64,000 nucleotides of DNA from Piromyces finnis finn (taxonomy: Eukaryota > Fungi > Neocallimastigomycota), in contig MCFH01000056.1 in the NCBI GenBank assembly GCA_002104945.1, positions 248,001-312,000 of the forward strand, in the 5' to 3' direction. Below, piece after piece: positions 55,317-64,000 of this stretch. Positions within the stretch are counted from its first letter, which is position 1. Each line of letters opens with the position of its first letter. The position numbers and the translations under genes are program-made. Below the pieces are notes generated by a model. It had not been told where the DNA came from and did not search any database. It was given only the letters and a program-made list of their open reading frames with translations.

Positions 55317-58276
55317 TGTAAAATAATAATTATAAAACAGATTATTATTTTTACAATAAAACACAAAAAAAATAAAAAAAATTTAAACACTAAAATTTAA
55401 ATAAAAAATTTTCAACTAATATTTCTTTTTTAAAAGTTATTAACTATATAATAGTCAATAACAACTACATTTATTTAAAATTTGGAAAAAGTACATGTAT
55501 TTATATTTTTTCTTATTTACATTCATTATATATACTTTTTATTCAATTATACATATATTTAATATAAAATAAACAAAACTAATTTAATACAAATTTAAAT
55601 CAATAATAAAATAACAAAGCTATTCTAAAACTAATTAAATACACTTTTGATTCAATTTAAGTAAACTACAAATTGAATACAATCCATGTATTACCTATAT
55701 ATTAATTAAATATTAATAATACTATTTATTTTATATTTATTATTAAAAATGCTAATTTAAAACTACGCTAAAGTTAATAAACTAATTTTAATTAAATAAA
55801 AACTTTTTTAAGATTTAATTTGAATATTTAAAATATTTAAATTTAATTATCCATTAATTTAAATATTTATCCAAATTTTATTTTTTAACTTTGATATTTT
55901 AAAATTAATTATTATTTAATTATTCCATGAATTTTATATAATAAATTTTATAAATAATTTTTTCATTAAAATATCAAAATTATTGTTTAATAATTATTAA
56001 TTAATTATTAAATAATTTAAAGATATCTTTACAATCTCGCCCTTTAAATCGAGCTCCTGCGAGATTATTTTCTCGAAGGTATTTCAATAACAAATGGTCT
56101 ATACTTTGATCTGATCATACCTTCGCCATTTAGTTCACCAATGTATTCATTGTTCTTATTCTTTATAATCCGTTTGTTTCTTCTATAGAATTCTTGAATC
56201 AATTTCTTGTCAAGAATTTGATTCTCGGGAACCCATCTATTTTCATTTGAATCTAAATTTTTATAAGTCAAAAGAAAGGATTTCTTTTTGTTATATGTTC
56301 TTTCTTTGATAATCTTATCGGGAATCTTATCAATAGTATCAGTAGTCAAGTTAATGTTTTTTCTTTTCCCATTATCCGTTCTATCTTTAAATTTGTTGTT
56401 AATGTAAGGCTCTAATAATGATACATGAAAGACTGGATGTCAACGTAAATTGTTTGGTAATTTTAATTCAAATGCTAAAGGACTTACTCTTTTAATTATC
56501 TTAAATGGTCCTAACATTTGATCGGATAGCTTTCTTTTTACATTTTTATTCGAAGGATTGATTCCTTTTAATAACCAAACTTTCATTCCAATTTCAAATT
56601 TTGGTGATTCCATCCTGTTTTGATCTGCATACTTTTTATAAGTTTCTTTAGCATGATCAAGATTTTCTTTTAAGAGTTTAATATTTTTATTAATATCTAG
56701 AATTCTTTGTTCAGCCCTATTTGGTTTATCAGCTGAGGGGATTTCAATATTAAACTTAGGGTTGAATCCATAGTTTGCATAAAAAGGGGATTGATTAATT
56801 GATTGCTGTAATGTATTGTTATAGGCAAATTCAGCAAAAGGTAATAAATCAACCCAATTATTTTGTTTCTCATTTATGAAACAACGGAGATATTGTTCTA
56901 ATATCCCGTTTACCCTCTCCGTTTGACCATCAGTCTGTGGATGGTTAGCAGTAGAAAACTTTAGATCTATATTAAGTAAATCACACAGACGATTCCAAAA
57001 CTCGGAAGTAAATCGAGTCCCTCTGTCAGAAACAATAGAATCAGGAAAACCATGTAATTTGAAGATATTATTAATAAAAATGTCAGCTGCGATAGATGCG
57101 GTAGGCAAACATCTTAAAGGGATAAAATGCGCCATTTTAGTTAATCTATCAACAACAACCATAATGGTGGTCATGTCTTTGGATTTTGGCAATTCAACAA
57201 TAAAATCCATAGACAATTCGGACCAGGCTCTTTCAGGAGTAGATAGAGGAGACAATAACCCTATGGTTTATGTCTTGGAACTTTAGCCCTACAGCAAGTT
57301 TCACAAGATTTGACAAATTTTTTAACATCAACATAATATTTAGGCCACCAGAAATTTCGGCTAATTAATTCAATAGTCTTATTAATACCAAAGTGACCAG
57401 CCGAAATAGAATTATGATAGATTTCAAGAACTCTTGTTCTTAACTCAACTGGAACATAAATAAGATCGTTATAAAGTAAATACCCATCCTTATCGATTTT
57501 ATATTTATTTATATTTTTACATGGAGGGGATGTTATACATTTATTGTTAAAATAAGAAAAAATTTTATCATAAAACACATCATTCCTTAAAGAATTTAGG
57601 ATAGAAATTATTAAAGAATTATCATTTTTATTATTTTTATAAATTACATTACAAGAAATATTGTTACATGGATCATTAATGCAAATGTGATCACTTCTTC
57701 TGGATAATAAGTCAGGTTTTCCAGACTTTTTGCCAGCTCTATAAATTAACTTGAAATTGAAGCGAGACAGAAATTCGTACCATCTAATCTGCCGTTGAGA
57801 AAGCATTTCTGGTTTTCTAGGAAAAGTCAAGTTCTTATGGTCAGTATAAATGATAAATTGATGTCTAGCGCCTTCCAAATAGTGTCTCCATTCTTCAAGA
57901 GCAACTTTGATAGCAAGGAGTTCTTTATCATAGATTTAGTAATTTCTTTGAGATTTTGTTAGACTTGAAGAAATGAAAGCAACAGGATGCAATTGTCCAT
58001 CAAATTCTTGTGATAGAATTGCACCAACAGCAAAGTTACTTGCATCAGTCTCAACGATAAAGGGTTTATTTCTATCTGGATGTTTAAGTATGGGTGCGGA
58101 AGTGAACAACTTTTTAAGATTATCAAATGCATTCTGTTGTTCTAAATCCCAAACAAATGGGATAACTTTCCTAGTAAGTTTATGCAAAGGACCAGTAATT
58201 TTTGCAAAATCTTTAATAAATTTTCTATAATAATTACATAAGCCAATGAATGATTGGACTTCTTTAACAGTAGTGG
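55317..58276 (-). mobile_element. Ty3/Gypsy chromovirus X: RT end, RNase H, integrase, chromodomain, PPT, 3' LTR (55317-56033)
   Basis: ETDASNFAVG, YTDHKNL, HHCC zinc finger, SMDFIVELP, SDRG, QTERVN, chromodomain-like tail; PPT aaagggcgagat before TGTAAAG; frameshifted. Confidence 0.92.
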
Positions 58277-60648
58277 TGTAATGGCGACACAGAAAGAATA
58301 GATTAGGATATCTATTCTATTACAATAACACTAAATTTAAAATAAAAATAAAAATTGTTTTATTAAAAATATCTTTTATTATAATAGAATTTTAATAATA
58401 ACAATTACATCGATAAAATGATGAAAAATATCTTCTATTTATATTTTTCCTAAATACATTTATATTATATTATAACTATTTATTTCTTATATATTATTAT
58501 TTAAAATCTACACTAAAATCTTAATTATTAATAAATATTTAAACTATAACTATTTTTAGTAAAATACAATTGGCAATTCAAATTAAGTACTATTTAATTT
58601 GAATATGTGCCCATGTATTATTGATATATTAATCATTTATTATTTATCTATTTCTATAAAAAAACAATACTAAAACTAGGGATTTAAATTGAGAATATTA
58701 ATTTACTTGTTAAACATTAAAAATAAATTAATAATTTATTTTGTTTTAAACTTTAATTATTAATAAATAAATTATGTCTCATTTTCTTTTTCTGAATATA
58801 ATTTGTGTAACTTAAACAATAATACTTGTGGCTTAAGTTACATTAAAGATATCAAACAGAGGCGTTTGATATCTTTACAATCTCTCTCTCTAAGTCGAGC
58901 TCCTGCGAGATTAATTTATAAGGAATCTTTTCTCGAAGGAATTTCAATTACAAATGGTTGGTATCTGTGCTTGATTAGATTACCAACTTTATTCTTTCTA
59001 ATTTTCATGGAGGAGTCGTTCGACTTATATTTTGACTTTTTAGAGTTTCTTTCAAACTCTTGTATTAATTGTTTATCTGGAATCTGATCTTCAGAAATCC
59101 AAGTGGATTTGTCAAATCCTTTCCATGATAACTTATAAAATGTTTCACCATTAACAGATTTCATCTTTTCAATTTTCTCTGGAATTTTTTCAATTAAATC
59201 TGTGTTAAGGTGAATGTTCCTCTTCCTACGATTAGACCTGTCGTTAAACTTGTTTTCAAAGTATGGTTCTAACAATGAAACATGAAAGACTGGATGACAT
59301 CTCATTGTCTTTGGAAGTTTCAATTTGAAAGCGAGAGAACTAACTTTTCCAATTATCTCAAATGGGCCAAGCATTTGAGGTGCTAATTTTCTCTTTAGGT
59401 TAGTTCCAGGAGAATCTTTCAATAACCATACCTTCTTTCCCACTTCGAACTCCGGGGGAATCATTCTCTTCATATCGGCATATTTCTTATATGTTTCTTT
59501 TGCTTTTTCTAAGTTTTCTTTTAATAATTTAAAGTTTTCATTCATATCAATTACTCTTTGTTCAGCTCTACTAGGTCTATCATTAGCTGGAATTTCTAAG
59601 CTGAACTTTGGATGAAAACCATAATTAGCAAAGAATGGGGATTGATTTATAGATTGTTGTAAAGTATTATTATATGCAAATTCAGCAAATGGGATAAGAT
59701 CAACCCAGTTATTCTGCTTTTTATTTATAAAACAACGGAAATATTGTTCTAATATGCCGTTCACCCTCTCCGTTTGACCATCTGTCTGCGGATGGTTGGC
59801 AGTTGATAATGAATGATTGATATTAAGAAGGTCACAAAGTCTTGACCAAAAGTCAGAAGTAAATTGCGAGCCTCTATCAGAAATGATGGAATCAGGAAGA
59901 CCATGCAAACGGAAGACATTAGCAATAAAAGCATCAGCAGCAATCGAAGCAGTAGGAAGACAACGTAAAGGAATGGCGTGAGCAAATTTAGTAAATCTAT
60001 CGACAACAACCATGAGAGTTGTCATATCTCTGGACTTAGGAAGATCAACAATAAAATCAATAGAAATATCAGACCAGGGCCTACTGGGAGTGTCCAAAGG
60101 GGATAACAATCCATAAGGCTTATGTCTGGGGACTTTGGATTTGCAACAAGTCACGCAAGATTTGATAAAAGATTTAACGTCTGAATGAAACCTTGGCCAC
60201 CAAAAGTTTCTGGAAATCAGTTCAGTGGTTTTCTTAATACCGAAATGACCAGCAGCAACAGAATCATGATGAAGTTCCAAAACTCTTGTCCTAAGAGATT
60301 TAGGAACATAAATAAGATTATTATATAACAAAAATCCTTCGTTATCAATAATAACTTTATCAATATTTTTAATAGGTGCATTACATGCAGAACCATTCAT
60401 TTTAAATTGGACAATAGAATTATACAAATCGTCATTTTTAAGTTCTAATAAAATAGAATCGATTAACGGTTTGTTATCGCTATGATGAAACGAAATAGTA
60501 AGACAAGAAACATCAGAATTAATATTATTCTCTACATGGTCACTTCTACGAGACAGGATATCAGGCTTACCGGATTTCTTTCCAGCTCTATAAATGAGTT
60601 TAAAATCAAATCTGGATAAGAACAAATTCCATCTAATTTGTCTCTGAG
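58277..60648 (-). mobile_element. Ty3/Gypsy chromovirus Y nested in X: integrase ORF 58916-60625, PPT, 3' LTR (58277-58879)
   Basis: Open 569-aa integrase/chromodomain ORF; PPT agagagagagat; LTR TG...CA closely related to 60649-61254. Confidence 0.93.
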
Positions 60649-61254
60649 TGTAAAGACATCAAACGCCTCTGTTTGATATCTTTAATGTAACTTAAGCCAC
60701 AAGTATTATTGTTTAAGTTACACAAATTATATTCAGAAAAAGAAAATGAGACATAATTTATTTATTAATAATTAAAGTTTAAAACAAAATAAATTATTAA
60801 TTTATTTTTAATGTTTAACAAGTAAATTAATATTCTCAATTTAAATCCCTAGTTTTAGTATTGTTTTTTTATAGAAATAGATAAATAATAAATGATTAAT
60901 ATATCAATAATACATGGGCACATATTCAAATTAAATGGTACTTAATTTGAATTGCCAATTGTATTTTACTAAAAATAGTTATAGTTTAAATATTTATTAA
61001 TAATTAAGATTTTAGTGTAGATTTTAAATAATAATATATAAGAAATAAATAGCTATAATATAATATAAATGTATTTAGGAAAAATATAAATAGAAGATAT
61101 TTTTCATCATTTTATCGATGTAATTGTTATTATTAAAATTCTATTATAATAAAAGATATTTTATAAAACAATTTTTTATTCTATTTTTCAAATTTTTGTG
61201 TTATTGTAATAGGTTAGATATCCTAATCTATTCGGTTTAGTGTCTGACTTTACA

Positions 61255-61265
61255 ATAACAATTAC
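61255..61265 (+). promoter_or_regulatory. Self-priming primer-binding site
   Basis: ATAACAATTAC is the exact reverse complement of GTAATTGTTAT at 61120-61130 in the LTR, about 30 nt downstream of TATAAA (61085). Confidence 0.8.
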
Positions 61266-61788
61266 CTAAACAGATAGTTACGAATACGTTAGGGTATCAA
61301 GAAGAAATAGAAGAACTTTTGGGAAGATTCTACTAGGACAAATAGAAGAATTCTACTAGAAGAAATATAAGAACTTTTTGGAAAACTCTACTTGAAGAAA
61401 TAGAAGAAATTTTTGAATATTTTGCTAAGGCTACCTAAGGAAGATTATCAAGAACTTTGGGATATTCTACCGGACTACAAGAATACTTTAATCAATCGGA
61501 ACGCTTCACCGAATAATTCGTATTTGAAAAGGACTATTACTACGGCTGAAGTTTGGAATTAACATTAGTTAATAACTTGTTCGACACTGTAATTATACAG
61601 AGAGAGTCTGTAATAACTTATTAACTTATTGTTAGAAGACGAAAAAAAAAAAAAAAAAAAAAAAAAATTTACTTACTTGAAATAATAGTAAGAAACCCTC
61701 GTTATTTTACTTAATTTTAATTTTATGTGTTTTTGTATTAGAGTTGGAGGAATTAATTAATACTTTTGATAATTTAAATTTAGAAGAA

Positions 61789-64000
61789 ATGGAAGAAAGA
61801 GGTGGTGGTTCTACAGTAAATCCAGGGAACATTATCAATGCTCCTCCGTTGTTTACTGGTAGACATAGAGATTTAGATGGGTTTTTAACTAGAGTAGAAT
61901 TGGTATTTCGAACTCGACCGGCACTGTATAATACAGATCGCGTCCGGGTTGATTTCGTTATTTCCTACTTCTCTGGTAGACCCCTGGAATGGGCATCATC
62001 GCTTATGAGGAATAATAGTAATGTATTGAACCATTATGATGAATTTATAGATCGCCTCAGAGCTAATTTCGGTAGTGATCGATATGACACTGTTGTTGCA
62101 AACGGTAAACTCGATAACATTAGACAAAGAAAACTTGGTCAAGTAGTTGATTATATCACCGAGTTTCAACGAGTTAGCCAAAATTCCAACTTTAACGAAA
62201 GTGCTAAGATCTATATGTTTCTGAAAGGTTTAAATCCATTACTTAGAGAGAAATTGGCGTTTGTCGAAACAAACCCGTCATCTATGGAACATTTAATATC
62301 CTCAACAATATTAGTTGAAGATATGATGAAAAGGAATTCTTTGAGTGAGTTTTATTTTAATAATAGAAGGGCTAATGATCCTATGGATGTTGACGTTTTT
62401 AGAATTAGTGCTGATAAGAAGCGTAAACGTTATGTAAATATTCAAGGAACTAGTAATAATTATGATGAGAGCCCAAGAACGTTTGAAGAAGAAAGGAGAA
62501 AGGGGGTTTGTTTTTTGTGTAAAAAACCTGGACATTTTAAATTTAATTGTCCAAATAGAGTAAAACCCAAGAAGGTTTTTAGAATAATTAAAGAAAAAAC
62601 TCCTAAGATTGTTGAACCGAAAATTTATAAAGTAGGAGTAATGGACAAAAAAGATGATTTGAATTTTATTGACTTTTATTTAAGTACTAACGAGGTCCCC
62701 GAAGCAAAAATCAAGGTGTTGATTGATTCTGGTTCCGAGTTAAATTTTATTAACCCGGATATTGCTGAGGATCTTGGCATTAAATTTGAGAATATTGACC
62801 CATTCCGTGTTTCCGGAGTCAATGATGGAATTTCCAGAGTCTGGGAAAAGTCGGAGAAATGTATGCTAAGATATAGGAACCATTATGAAGTTATTCAGCT
62901 GTATAGCTTAAAGGTTCCTGGAGTTGATGTTATTCTTGGGTTACCTTGGATCAAAAAGCATAATCCTGAAGCTTTTTATGATCCTAAGAAAATTGCTTTT
63001 AGTTCCGGTTATTGTGCTAGACACTGTAACCAAGGTAAAAGAAGAAGGAAGCAAAGAAAGAAGTCTCAAAAAAGCCAGCTAGATCATGATGTTCTTGACC
63101 GAAGTTTAACTAAAACAGTAAAATCTGTCTCTACAGCCCCTTTAAAAAACCCTGAAGAAAAGGAGTATATTAAAGGCCGCCTTGTTAGAACCATTAATGA
63201 TGAAGATGATAGCGATGAGGAATATATTAGTTTTAATAAAAAAGTTAAATGTATTGTAACGAAAATTAATGAAACATGTAATAATAATAATGAATCATGT
63301 AGTAATAATAATAATAATAATGAAAAGGATATTAATAAAGATAAATTGGTCTCCGTACCAACCCAATATTTAGAATTTAGTGAAGTGTTTAATGAAAAAA
63401 ATTGTGAAGTGTTACCTCCTCATAGACCTTATGATTGTGAAATCAAACTTAAAGATGATTCGACTTTATTTTATGGACCTTTGTATCCATTAACTGAAGT
63501 TGAAAGAGAGGAACTTAAAAAATATATTGATGATAATTTAAATAAAGGTTTTATTAGGAAATCATCGTCTCCTGCTGGTGCCCCAATTTTGTTTGTTAAA
63601 AAGAAGGACGGTTCCTTAAGACTTTGTATTGATTATAGAAGGTTGAATGATATTACAATTCGTAATTCATATCCTTTACCTTTAATAAGTGACCTTTTGG
63701 ATAGGGTGAAAAATGCTAAGATTTTTACCAAACTAGACCTTAAATCCGCTTATAATCTTGTTCGTATTAAAGAAGGTGATGAATACAAAACGGCTTTTCG
63801 TACTAGGTATGGTCATTTTGAATATCTGGTTATGCCTTTTGGATTAAAGAATGCACCTGCAACCTTTCAACACTTTATTAACGATGTTCTTAGTGATTAT
63901 TTAGATGATTTTGTTATCTCATATATTGATGATATCCTTATTTATTCTAATAATATCGAAGAGCATCACGAGCATGTTAAAAAGGTACTTAAGAAACTAC
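61789..64000 (+). CDS. Single-frame Gag-Pol polyprotein (partial, runs off window)
   Basis: Gag with [14 protein letters not shown] knuckle, protease [37 protein letters not shown], all in one frame; missing from the ORF track because there is no stop codon in the window. Confidence 0.93.
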   Translation, partial: MEERGGGSTVNPGNIINAPPLFTGRHRDLDGFLTRVELVFRTRPALYNTDRVRVDFVISYFSGRPLEWASSLMRNNSNVLNHYDEFIDRLRANFGSDRYDTVVANGKLDNIRQRKLGQVVDYITEFQRVSQNSNFNESAKIYMFLKGLNPLLREKLAFVETNPSSMEHLISSTILVEDMMKRNSLSEFYFNNRRANDPMDVDVFRISADKKRKRYVNIQGTSNNYDESPRTFEEERRKGVCFLCKKPGHFKFNCPNRVKPKKVFRIIKEKTPKIVEPKIYKVGVMDKKDDLNFIDFYLSTNEVPEAKIKVLIDSGSELNFINPDIAEDLGIKFENIDPFRVSGVNDGISRVWEKSEKCMLRYRNHYEVIQLYSLKVPGVDVILGLPWIKKHNPEAFYDPKKIAFSSGYCARHCNQGKRRRKQRKKSQKSQLDHDVLDRSLTKTVKSVSTAPLKNPEEKEYIKGRLVRTINDEDDSDEEYISFNKKVKCIVTKINETCNNNNESCSNNNNNNEKDINKDKLVSVPTQYLEFSEVFNEKNCEVLPPHRPYDCEIKLKDDSTLFYGPLYPLTEVEREELKKYIDDNLNKGFIRKSSSPAGAPILFVKKKDGSLRLCIDYRRLNDITIRNSYPLPLISDLLDRVKNAKIFTKLDLKSAYNLVRIKEGDEYKTAFRTRYGHFEYLVMPFGLKNAPATFQHFINDVLSDYLDDFVISYIDDILIYSNNIEEHHEHVKKVLKKL

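Larger units (their letters stand above)
60649..64000 (+). mobile_element. Ty3/Gypsy (Tf1/sushi-like) element Z nested in Y: 5' LTR 60649-61254, PBS, gag-pol
   Basis: TGTAAAG...CTTTACA LTR followed by PBS and an uninterrupted ORF that runs off the window. Confidence 0.95.

Noticed and set aside
57059-62535. Short opposite-strand ORFs within the Gypsy elements (57059, 57973, 58803, 59761, 61996, 62311)
   Set aside because: Antisense or alternate-frame shadows of pol and gag coding sequence.

Overview
Extremely AT-rich eukaryotic DNA with short GT-AG introns, ankyrin debris, an SGNH esterase and a CBM-like gene. This profile suggests an anaerobic gut fungus (Neocallimastigomycota; inferred, not proven). 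The centre (about 12-48 kb) holds a transcription-factor cluster that the ORF track largely misses because of introns and 6-nt micro-exons. It contains four intact homeodomain genes: HD-A; HD-B and HD-B', which encode the same protein on the two arms of a 4-5 kb inverted repeat; and HD-C. There are also two homeodomain relics, a MATA-type HMG-box gene and, between HD-B' and the HMG gene, a 50-aa ORF ending in CaaX (CVVQ) that resembles an a-factor/M-factor lipopeptide pheromone precursor. Together these make a candidate mating-type-like locus in a lineage with no described sexual cycle. The cluster is interspersed with LINE remnants, a tRNA-derived SINE and foldback elements. It is bordered on the right by a nest of Ty3/Gypsy chromoviruses; the youngest has an open gag-pol ORF and a Tf1-type 11-nt self-priming site. 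All translations and alignments were done by eye and no database searches were run.
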